In this document: in pieces, positions 36,321-45,569 of the stretch
How the letters are laid out: each line of letters begins with the position of its first letter
Position numbering within the stretch: position 1 is the first letter of the stretch
NCBI GenBank assembly: GCA_963745075.1
Contig: CAVUWV010000012.1
Location: forward strand, 160,001 to 224,000
Length of the DNA stretch: 64,000 nucleotides
Direction of reading: 5' to 3'
Source: Candidatus Hydrogenedentota bacterium
GTDB taxonomy: Bacteria; Hydrogenedentota; Hydrogenedentia; Hydrogenedentales; SLHB01
Program-made: the position numbers and the translations under genes
Notes under the pieces: model-generated
Seen by the model: only the letters and a program-made list of their open reading frames with translations
The model's database searches: none
What the model was told of the DNA's origin: nothing

Positions 36321-37626
36321 ATGTCCGAAACCTTTCGCCGAAATGCCTTCTGGTTCATCGTGGCCGCGGTGGCGCTTGGCATCGCGTTCCTTGTGCAGGC
36401 GCCGTACATGGCTTTTGCCGTGTACGCATTTCTGCTGCTCGTGGCCCTGGCGCATTTCTCGTCGGTTGCATGGCTTTCCGGGTTGGACTGCACCCGCAGC
36501 ATCAGTCAGACGACCCTCCAGCAAGGGGAAGAAACGGACGTCGAAGTCACGCTCACCAACCGGCGCGGTTGGCCCATTCCGTGGATCTTTATCGAGGACC
36601 TTGCGCCTTCCGATTTCGCGCGGATGGGCGACAACACGCGGCTCGCCGTGCTCATGCCGGGCCGGTCCATCACGCTTGCGCTACACCTTGACCTGTCCGC
36701 GCCGGGGCTACCACCGGATCGGACCCCTGCTGATGGAGTCCGGCGACCTCTTTGGGCTTCAGAAACGTTTTCGCACGGGCGAACAGCAGCACTACATCTC
36801 CGTGCTGCCGACCGTGGCCTACATCGACACCTTTAACATCGGCGCACGCCGTCCCCAAGGGCCCGTGCGGATCAGCAACCGCGTCTACGAAGACCCGACC
36901 CGCATCTCGGGATTACGCGAGTATGTCCGGGGCGATCCCATGAACCGGATCCACTGGAAAGCGTCCGCCCGGACCGGCGAACTTTTTGTGAAGCAGACGG
37001 AGCCCTCGAATGTTCTGGGCGGCACCGTGATTCTCGACCTGTTTAGTGCCTGGTACCAGGGCGAAGACGCGGAAGAGCGCAGGGAATTGGCCATCACCAC
37101 GGCCGCGTCCATCGCGTATCTGCTCCAGACCTCCGGCGAGCAGGTGGGGCTGTTGACCAACGCCCGCGATGCGGCCGAGGTCGCCCAGTACGACGTCGAG
37201 GCCAGGCAATCCCTTTCGCGCAATGACGCCGAAGGCAACGTGGTGGGGGAGAGCGAGTCCGATCGCCTCAGCCCGCTCACCGTACCTACGCGCCGCAGTC
37301 CGGTGCAGGCCCTGCAAATTGTGGAGAATCTCGCCCGCGTACTCCCAACCGACGGGTTGGACGCGGGACAACTCATTCTTTCCACGTACAACCGCTTGCC
37401 TCGCGACGCCGCTCTTTTGCCCATCGTGCCGCAGGTCACCGAAGACTTTGCGATGGTGTTGGGCCAGATGAAGCTCGCCGGATTCGCGGTCACGGTTTTT
37501 CTTATCAAGAACTCCGCTTCCTACGAAAAGGCGGCGGCTTTGCTGTTAAACCACGAGATCAACTGCATCCACATCGAACATGAACGGCAACTCCACGAGA
37601 TTTCGCCCGCCCGAATCGGACGGTGA
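36321..37626 (+). pseudogene. DUF58 domain protein, frameshifted near 36676 (possibly an assembly indel)
   Basis: N-terminal TM part in one frame (MSETF...GRSIT), continuing in another frame (LRYTLTCPRRG...GLREYVRGDPMNRIHWKASAR). Confidence 0.75.
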
Positions 37627-37649
37627 GAAGCGCGCTCAACGGCAGGAGC

Positions 37650-39361
37650 ATGCGACGGACTTCGCCTCGCTCCTGGCCGACGACGCCACCGACTTCGGGG
37701 CGTTGACGGAAGAATCCGCCGCGACGAAGCGTAAAGCAAAAGCGCCCGCCGCCACGGATTTTCATTCACTTGAAAGGTGTTGTGGGGTCGGGCGCTCCCA
37801 AACCGTACCAACGCCGGTCTGCGACGGACCTCCTTCTCGATTTTCTTACGCCCCTCATGATTCTCATCATGGTTGCATCGGTTGTGTTCTTCCTGCTGGA
37901 CGTCCGCTTCGTGTACACGGAAGTGCACGATTTGAACCTCCGCGTCGTCGCGTTTTGTTTCATTCTGGGCGTCGTCGCCTTGAATCGCCTTATCGCCCGC
38001 GACGGGAAGGACGAGTCCATCATGTACATCATCGGCCTTGCGCCTGGCAATTGGCCTGTACACACTCGCTACGACGACGGCCTACGAAGTCGGGTTCCGT
38101 GGCGGCCAAGTTCATGGCCCGGCCCGGCGTGGCGCTCGGGTTCAACATGACCGTCGTGTTCTTCATCTGGTGGCTGGTGAACCGGCTCACCCATGAATGC
38201 TGCGTGGACGAGAACCGCACCGCCGGCGACATCGGTATCCTTACCGGCACCGCACGCCGCTTCAAGGAGGCCATGGACCGCAAACCGCAACCAAAGATAT
38301 CGGATGCCACCCTCGACGCCATCGACCCGACGGAATGGAAGAAACCGGAAAAGAAGAAGCCCAAGCCGATACTCGACACGACGGAGCGTCTCTCGAAGCG
38401 GCATCCCGGTATCTCGATCTTTTACTTCTCGATCCCCGTCATGATCGCCTTTGCATTGGGCCAGCGCGTGATCCAGCATGGCGGCCCGTCCATGTTGTTG
38501 GCCGGTCACTTCTACGTCGCCTGTTACACCATCGCGGCTTTGTCCCTGCTCATGCTCTCCAGTCTCGCCGGGTTACGTGAGTATTTCCGGGCGCGCCGCG
38601 TGAAGTTGCCCGGGGGATTGGGAACCTTCTGGATTGGGCTCGGTACGTTGATGGTGCTCATGGTGCTTTTCGCTGCCGCGGTACTTCCCGGCCCGTCGTT
38701 ACCCCCCATCGCCTACGTTGCGGAACACGAATACGATCCGTGGAACCGGGGATCGACGTTCCAGTTGCACTCCGTCGTCACGCCCGCCGTCGACGTAATA
38801 CAGCAGAATCACGTGGTCGAAATCATCGGGTGGGCCGTCTTGGCCTGTTTCGGACTTTTCTTCCTCTACGGACTACTTCGTGCGGCCGGAGCACTCGCGG
38901 TTCGCATCGGACGTAACCGGGACCGCTTCCCGCGATTCGTGGTGCGTTTCTTCAATGCCTTGGACCGCTTCCTGGAGCGCATTACCCGCCTGCCCGAATT
39001 GCCCAAACGCCGGCGGCGGCGTATCCGGATCGACCGCCGCATCGCTACCTGCGCGCGTATCGAGAACCCCATGGCCCAGGGTCCGGCGACCAACACCGCC
39101 CAGAAGATCGAGCGCTGTTACGACGCTCTGTGCGCTCTGGCCTACGACCTCGGCGTTCCCCGCCGCATCGACCAGACCCCCAACGAGTTCATTGAAGCGT
39201 TCCCCAAGGAGCTCAACTCGCTCCGCGAAGAAGCCTACGAGCTCACCGACCTCTACGTCCGTTCCGCCTACGCCAACGCCCAGTTTGACGAACGCACGCA
39301 AGACCGCCTCCGCCGTTTCTGGATCACCTACGAGCGCGTGCGGAACCGGGTGCTGCGCTAA
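37650..39361 (+). pseudogene. DUF4129 domain membrane protein with about 4 frame disruptions in the 5' 450 bp
   Basis: GGAG-ATG at 37650. A coherent protein needs shifts near 37652, 37770, 38043 and 38093. C-terminal YDAL..QTPNEF..LTDLYVRSAY is DUF4129-like. Confidence 0.65.
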
Positions 39362-39418
39362 CCTTCTCTTTGACAACAAGAGATGTGCCCGGGCGTCCGC
39401 GTAGGTCCTTGGTTGGTC

Positions 39419-40135
39419 CTAGCCGGTCGACGCGAGTACTGATGCAGCTTGCCGTTGAAATGCCAGCACGCCAACCCCGTTCCACCACATGGCGAGGTCT
39501 CCGTTGCATCGGGCGGGGAGGTTGTAGAGTAGTTGCCAGCCGTGCTCCGATTCGTCTGCCGCGCGAAGCGTACCCCGCTCAGCGTAGGACAGGGAATCCG
39601 GTGCGAAACGCCAATCGTCCACGATTACCAGCGCTTCATCGGCCAGAAACGGTTCCACGAGTTTGATGCCCATATACTGACTTTCCTCGTCATGCGCGCC
39701 GTCGTAAAAATACAGCCCAATGGGATTGGGCAGCCGGTCGGATATGAAGATCTCCCGGAAGTCACAATCGTAAAACGTGACGGCCTCGGCGAGGCTATAA
39801 TTTTTCAAGTTCTTCTGAGTTATCGCCAACGAATTGAGATCGAATTCGGAAAAATTGTCGCACGCATAGGTCGGGCGCAGCGGATTGCCGATCAGGGCCG
39901 ACAACAGGCTCTTTCCGTGGTACGTCCCGACTTCGAGGTAAGCTTCGTTCTCGGGGAGTAACCGGTATGCCAGGTTCAGTAAGTGCTGTTTCTTGAGGGA
40001 CAGCTTGCCCTCCACATCAGGACATGGGTCCAGCGCCCGGTATACCTCGGGATCCCACAACTCTTGATTGGGCTGATTGCGTTGTGGTCCGTTGAAAAGG
40101 ATCCAGAACGCCTGCCGAAATTTCGTGACATCCAT
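39419..40135 (-). CDS. Class I SAM-dependent methyltransferase (Methyltransf_24-like)
   Basis: YLEVGTYHGKS, FYDGAH and IVDDW motifs. Confidence 0.8.
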   Translation of the reverse strand: MDVTKFRQAFWILFNGPQRNQPNQELWDPEVYRALDPCPDVEGKLSLKKQHLLNLAYRLLPENEAYLEVGTYHGKSLLSALIGNPLRPTYACDNFSEFDLNSLAITQKNLKNYSLAEAVTFYDCDFREIFISDRLPNPIGLYFYDGAHDEESQYMGIKLVEPFLADEALVIVDDWRFAPDSLSYAERGTLRAADESEHGWQLLYNLPARCNGDLAMWWNGVGVLAFQRQAASVLASTG

Positions 40136-40242
40136 GCGATATTCTCCGCGAAAAGCCGGTTCTCCTACAGATCTATCGGCGGCAACGGTGGAAATATTTA
40201 GCCTTCTTGGATTATTTGCCAAAAAAGGCGGGCGGGGGGGGG

Positions 40243-41685
40243 CTATCCGGCATTCCCGTTCACGGAATCCGGGACGGGACAGGAAAGCACGTCGTTCTCA
40301 TGGTCGAAGGTCAATTTCTCGAGATGGGAAGGGTTTGAAACCAAGTCGACGGCCGCCAGAAACCCAGCCACGGTCCAGGTTTGCCGGCTTCGCGCTTCGC
40401 GTCCGACGAATCGGCCGTCGCGGCCATCGTAATACTCGGGCCAATCGTCCGTTTGGAGTCGATTGATTCCCAGCGTAAGTGCCCGTTTTGCGAGGCCGGG
40501 TCGATCCATGCGCAGCGCCGCCCCCACGAAAAGCCACAGCAGGAACGGCCAGTTACCGCCGTTGTGGTAGGACCACGCGAAATTCTTTGAATCCGCGCCC
40601 GTGACGAGAAACCACTCCTGGTCTTCAAGTGCCGGGTAACAAACTTTCAGCGGGACTTCGCCGACGAGTTCCGGCCATTTCGCCTCGTAGAGGTCCAGTA
40701 TGGCGTCGGCCTGCTTGTTGTTCGCGAGCCCGCAGAGTACCGACAGTAAGTTGCCTTGCGAGAAATAGCGGAAATCCATCCGGCCCGGTCCTATGTTGCC
40801 CAGAAAATACCCGCCCTTCTCGGGAATCCATTCCATGACCCAATCCGGCACGGATGCGGGGTGAATGTTGAAGACGTTCAGGATGTGGTCGCCATACTGT
40901 TCGATCTTGTAGCGATGGATGGTGTTCAGCCGTTTGAAATCCAACCAATAATACTTGTGGATGTGAAGCGTCAGATGGCCGATGCGATCGGAAAGCGGAT
41001 TTTGATACTCGCTGTCCTCGGGAAGAAGCGTCCGGGCCGCGAGCAGTCCGGTGAAGAACAAGGCCTGCATGTCGAAGGGATAGCCGTAAACCCCCATACG
41101 ACGGTCGATCATGTACCCGCCGTCGGGTACAAGAAGGGTGGGAAACATGTCGAACCGAGTCGTGATGGACAGTTCGACTATAAGCTCGATAGCGTGGAGA
41201 ATCTCCGGCTTTTCCACAAACTCCGTATCGTCGCTGAAATTCACGTACGCGTGTAAAATCACCATCCACCAGAACACGGAATCGATGGGCGCGACACGGC
41301 CGATAGCTCGTTCCCCGAAATCGGGGATGACCTTTTCGCCGTCATCGGTTCGTTTGATCGCAAAACTGGCGGGCATAAGACCGCGACCGGGGACAAAGCA
41401 GTCGCTGTGTTCTCGCCGGCTTTGAAGTTCAACCATGGTCGTCAGAAAGTTCCGCACGATTTCGTAGTCGCCGCGCATGAGGAAGACCATCGCAGAGACC
41501 GCAAAATCCCTGGTGAATACCTGATTGTAGTTCGGGCCTTCCTTTGAACCGTCCCGTGCCGCCATGGTGCCCAGGGGCCTTCCGTCGATCCGGACAATGC
41601 TCTCCTGAAGGATGCTCCAGGCCGACTCCATCGTGTCCTCCGGCACCAACTCCGACTGGTTCGAGGACGTCTTCTGATCGCTCAT
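40243..41685 (-). CDS. Alkaline/neutral invertase (glycoside hydrolase family 100)
   Basis: NYNQVFTRDF, GLMPASF, DFGERAIGRVAPIDS, DRRMG, WSYHNGG and WPEYYDG family motifs. Confidence 0.92.
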   Translation of the reverse strand: MSDQKTSSNQSELVPEDTMESAWSILQESIVRIDGRPLGTMAARDGSKEGPNYNQVFTRDFAVSAMVFLMRGDYEIVRNFLTTMVELQSRREHSDCFVPGRGLMPASFAIKRTDDGEKVIPDFGERAIGRVAPIDSVFWWMVILHAYVNFSDDTEFVEKPEILHAIELIVELSITTRFDMFPTLLVPDGGYMIDRRMGVYGYPFDMQALFFTGLLAARTLLPEDSEYQNPLSDRIGHLTLHIHKYYWLDFKRLNTIHRYKIEQYGDHILNVFNIHPASVPDWVMEWIPEKGGYFLGNIGPGRMDFRYFSQGNLLSVLCGLANNKQADAILDLYEAKWPELVGEVPLKVCYPALEDQEWFLVTGADSKNFAWSYHNGGNWPFLLWLFVGAALRMDRPGLAKRALTLGINRLQTDDWPEYYDGRDGRFVGREARSRQTWTVAGFLAAVDLVSNPSHLEKLTFDHENDVLSCPVPDSVNGNAG

Positions 41686-41800
41686 GCGCTGTCTCCACCA
41701 TTCATCGTGATACTGCGGATGGCAACCGGACACAAATCGAACGCCGGATTTCGGCCGGTATTCGAATGGTACTCACTCGGAATCACTGTACGTACAGCCG

Positions 41801-42421
41801 TCAAAACTTGTTCTCTTCGCCTCGCATAATTCGCTGAACGTTGGAACGATGCCGGTAAACAATGAGAATCGCAATCACGGTGACCACGAGTTGCAGAGTA
41901 TGGTCCGGCGGCAACAACTGCCCGGGAGCCAAAGCGATATTATTCGGGAGTACATATACGACCATCGTCATGGCCAGCGCGGCAAGGATGGAAGCCGCAC
42001 TCGCCATGCGCGTGGTAAGGGCCGTTACCACAAAGACGGCCACCGCCACGAGTGTCGGTACCGGGCACAGGGTCAGGAAAACACCTGCGCTCGTGGCCAC
42101 GCCTTTCCCACCTCGGAACTTGATATAAACGGGCAAGAGATGCCCCACAATTGCCGCCACACCGCAGACCAGCGGCGCGTATGGCCAATCGCTCAGCCGC
42201 GAAAAAAGAAGGACCGGAACCGCCCCTTTCAAGGCGTCCCCGGCTAACGCCGCCGCGCCGAGTCTTTTACCCAACACACGCAGCGTGTTGGTCGCCCCGA
42301 TGTTCTTGCTTCCATGCTGCCGGATATCGACCTTCTTCAGCCACAAGCCGAGCCACAGGCCCGTAGGGATCGAACCCGCCAAGTACGACAACGCCACGGC
42401 GATGAGCGTTTCAACGGTCAT
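41801..42421 (-). CDS. plsY: Glycerol-3-phosphate acyltransferase PlsY
   Basis: GSKNIGATN, FRGGKGVAT and HRSNVQR motifs; adjacent to der. Confidence 0.95.
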   Translation of the reverse strand: MTVETLIAVALSYLAGSIPTGLWLGLWLKKVDIRQHGSKNIGATNTLRVLGKRLGAAALAGDALKGAVPVLLFSRLSDWPYAPLVCGVAAIVGHLLPVYIKFRGGKGVATSAGVFLTLCPVPTLVAVAVFVVTALTTRMASAASILAALAMTMVVYVLPNNIALAPGQLLPPDHTLQLVVTVIAILIVYRHRSNVQRIMRGEENKF

Positions 42422-42525
42422 TTGAGCGAGGACTCCTCATCGTTGCCTGTAGTACCTGCGGATTGCGGCCAACCCGTTGGAATCCAGCTCTCGGAGCTTT
42501 CATCAGGTTGATGCGTACATGCGAA

Positions 42526-43872
42526 CTACTCAGCCGCTGCGCGCTTGCTCTCGCGCAACTCAATCTTAATCGGTACGCCTTCGAAACCAAACTTTTCGCG
42601 CAGCCGGTTTTCGATGAACCGCAAATAGCTGAAATGGAACAGGCTCTTGTGATTCACAAATAAGATGAACGTTGTCGGTTTCACACTCACCTGCGTCGCG
42701 TACTTGATGCGTGCTTGGCGCTTCTTGTACATGGCCGGCGTTTGCTGTCCACGGAGAACTTCCATAAAGGAGTTCAGTTCCGGCGTGGAGATCCGCTTCT
42801 CCACCTCCGCCTTGATCCGGTCGATGAACTCGAACGTCGTGAAAAGCCGCTGCCGCGTGACGTTGGAAATCGTCAGATAGGGGACATATTTGAGGAAGGG
42901 GGCCTTCAACTCGATTTCCGAGGAAAGGTCTTTGAACTTCCGTTCCTTGTCTTCGATGAGATCCCACTTGGTCCATACCAGGATCATCCCCGCGCCTTGT
43001 TCCGTGATATAACTGACGATACGTTTGTCCTGTTCCGTAATGCCTTCCGTAGCGTCAATCAGCACGAGGCACACATCCGCCCGGCGCACCGCGCGTAGGG
43101 ATCGGGCGATACTGAACCGTTCGACATCTTTCTTGATACCCGCCTTCTTCCGAAGCCCCGCCGTATCGATCAAAAGGTACTTATTCTCTTTCCACTCGAA
43201 TTCCACGTCGATGGCGTCGCGCGTCGTTCCCGGCATGTCGTGCACGATGCTACGCTCCTCATTGAGCAGCGCATTAAGAAAAGACGATTTCCCCACATTC
43301 GGTTTGCCCACGATCGCCACCTTGGTGATCGCGGTCTCTTCTTCCTCGGCATCTTCGACCGTTTCGGGCAAATGTCCGGTCACAGCGATCATCAAGTCGT
43401 CGATTCCGATACCGTGACCCGACGAGATCGCCATGGGGTCGCCGAGCCCCAACTCGTAAAAATCGGTCCGGTTCTGTTCCAGCTTCGCGTTATCCAGTTT
43501 GTTCACCGCCAGCACGATCGGTTTGCTGTACTTAAACAATTCGTCCCGGATTTCAATGTCGCCCCGTGTGATTTCTTGTTGACCATCCACAAGAAAAATG
43601 ATGGCATGCGCGTCTTCGAGGGCCGCGCGAACCTGGGACTGTATCTGGTGGGTAATGGGATCGGTCGGGTTATCGACGATCCCGCCGGTGTCTACGATAC
43701 GGAAGGCTCGTCCGTGCCATTCTCCCGTACCGTATGCACGGTCCCGCGTTACGCCGACCTCGCCATGCACGATGGCGCTCTGGCGGCCGGTGATCCGGTT
43801 GAACAGGGTCGATTTTCCCACGTTCGGTCGCCCGCAGATCGCGACCAAGGGCAGTTTCTTCGATGGTTGCAT
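42526..43872 (-). CDS. der: Ribosome biogenesis GTPase Der (EngA)
   Basis: Two GTPase domains (GRPNVGKS and GKPNVGKS) and a KH-like C-terminus. Confidence 0.97.
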   Translation of the reverse strand: MQPSKKLPLVAICGRPNVGKSTLFNRITGRQSAIVHGEVGVTRDRAYGTGEWHGRAFRIVDTGGIVDNPTDPITHQIQSQVRAALEDAHAIIFLVDGQQEITRGDIEIRDELFKYSKPIVLAVNKLDNAKLEQNRTDFYELGLGDPMAISSGHGIGIDDLMIAVTGHLPETVEDAEEEETAITKVAIVGKPNVGKSSFLNALLNEERSIVHDMPGTTRDAIDVEFEWKENKYLLIDTAGLRKKAGIKKDVERFSIARSLRAVRRADVCLVLIDATEGITEQDKRIVSYITEQGAGMILVWTKWDLIEDKERKFKDLSSEIELKAPFLKYVPYLTISNVTRQRLFTTFEFIDRIKAEVEKRISTPELNSFMEVLRGQQTPAMYKKRQARIKYATQVSVKPTTFILFVNHKSLFHFSYLRFIENRLREKFGFEGVPIKIELRESKRAAAE

Positions 43873-44429
43873 CAGGCTTGGTCCTCGTTACCGACCTGCT
43901 TGACGCCCGCGTAAAGGTAGTCGGCGAATGATAGAATCGAAATGGCCAAAGTCGCCCAAAGAAGCCCGTGCACAAATCGGGGATGCAGTTCCAGCAACAC
44001 CGAAATAATCAGGCTCATCTGAAAGGCCGTTGTCAGTTTCCCTGTGATATGGGGGGCTGCCCGCACGGGCCCGTAGTACTCATTGATAAGATACGCTCCG
44101 ATCACGATAATGGCGTCCCGGCTCAGTATGACGACCGGAAACCATGCCGGGACCGGCGTCCGCAATTCGGAATTCACCGCCAGGAAAATGAAGGCGGTAT
44201 TCACCAGCAGTTTGTCCGCCAGCGGATCCAGCACTGCGCCCAGCTTGGTCTTCTGGTTATAGGCCCGCGCAACAAACCCGTCGATCCCGTCCGAAATCGC
44301 AGCGACAGCGAACGTCGCGATGGCCGCGACGCGACACCACGGCTGTTCCCGCGTATACGACATAATAAAGATCGCGAACACCGGGATAAGCACGAGGCGG
44401 CCGATGGTAATCCGGTTTGCAAGCGTCAT
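43872..44429 (-). CDS. pgsA: CDP-diacylglycerol--glycerol-3-phosphate 3-phosphatidyltransferase
   Basis: DG..AR.....T.LGA.LDPLADK CDP-alcohol phosphatidyltransferase motif. Confidence 0.8.
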   Translation of the reverse strand: MTLANRITIGRLVLIPVFAIFIMSYTREQPWCRVAAIATFAVAAISDGIDGFVARAYNQKTKLGAVLDPLADKLLVNTAFIFLAVNSELRTPVPAWFPVVILSRDAIIVIGAYLINEYYGPVRAAPHITGKLTTAFQMSLIISVLLELHPRFVHGLLWATLAISILSFADYLYAGVKQVGNEDQA

Positions 44430-44553
44430 CGATTTGCTTTCGATACCAAGAAGATCGCCCCGCCCATTACAACGTCAAAGTATACCAGCAGCGGGAAAAA
44501 CCAATCAATTGGTGCGGCCGTCCGGTCCACGTACAGCGAGACGTCGCGGGCCG

Positions 44554-44940
44554 CTACTCCACGTCCTGGTTTGCGGGAAGATGACGTCGGATTTGCGCGA
44601 CCAGTTCGGCCGGCGAGAAGGGCTTCAGCACAAGTGCCGCCGCGCCAACTTCCTTACATTTGGCGCGAGCATCCGGCGTATGGGCCGAGGAAAGGCACAG
44701 CACCGGGATGGTTTCCGTGCGCGGATTCGCCTTGAGCTGTTGGCACACCTCGTATCCGCTCATCATGGGCATCATGATATCGAGCAGGATCAGGTCGGGC
44801 GACTCGCTCTCCGCGATATCGAGGGCGCCGATACCGTCGTACGCGCTGAGCACGTCGAATCCCTCGGTGGTCAGCGTTCGCGCGATCAGAGTGACAACAT
44901 CCGGTTCATCGTCCACGATGAGAATCTTGTTGGTGTCCAC
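44554..44940 (-). CDS. Single-domain response regulator
   Basis: ILIVDD, LLDIMMP and KPF motifs. Confidence 0.9.
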   Translation of the reverse strand: MDTNKILIVDDEPDVVTLIARTLTTEGFDVLSAYDGIGALDIAESESPDLILLDIMMPMMSGYEVCQQLKANPRTETIPVLCLSSAHTPDARAKCKEVGAAALVLKPFSPAELVAQIRRHLPANQDVE

Positions 44941-44945
44941 CCATC

Positions 44946-45410
44946 TTACCTTTCGTTCCGTCGAATGCCACGGTCCGTTACGTGCAAATCGATCGTATGC
45001 ATGCGTGTCCGCGTCGATCGTGAGGAGGTCTGCCGCCGCGATTGTGCCGCAATCGGCCGGGTCGGCGCCCGTTCAATGGCCTTGCGCAATAATTGCACGC
45101 CGTGATCCATGAACCCGACTTCTTCTTCCGCATTCCGGACAATCATGCCTTCGACCGGAGCCGACAATGGATAGCGAAACTCCTCGTCCCGCATCAACTG
45201 CACCATGACGACCGTGCCTTGAGGCATCGATTCGATCATGCGAATACACATGCCGTACGGCGTCACGTTCATGATGACACCCTGGAAAGTCATGTCGGGC
45301 GCCTCTTTAGGCCACAGCAGGCAGGGCCGACATGTTTCGGTGCGAGGGGCGCGCCGTTTGCCTCGTCGCAACGACCGATTATCGCCGCTCATCATCATGT
45401 CGTCGCCCAT
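44946..45410 (-). CDS. PilZ-like domain protein
   Basis: RRAPR and NVTPYG motifs, HGVQL; start uncertain. Confidence 0.6.
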   Translation of the reverse strand: MGDDMMMSGDNRSLRRGKRRAPRTETCRPCLLWPKEAPDMTFQGVIMNVTPYGMCIRMIESMPQGTVVMVQLMRDEEFRYPLSAPVEGMIVRNAEEEVGFMDHGVQLLRKAIERAPTRPIAAQSRRQTSSRSTRTRMHTIDLHVTDRGIRRNER

Positions 45411-45569
45411 CACATACCTCGCATCTGTCCGATGTCTTCCGCTACTGTACCATACCCGCTTAGGAATTTCATGCCACATCGCAATCGTTCCGCAGAATCC
45501 GCACCTTGCGGATTGAGATCGATTGCCCTTGGTCTATGGTGCGTCCGTTGCGTAGACTAAGGCCGCTCG

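Noticed and set aside
36660..36690. Programmed ribosomal frameshift in the DUF58 gene
   Set aside because: No slippery heptamer or stimulatory structure; other nearby indels point to error or decay.
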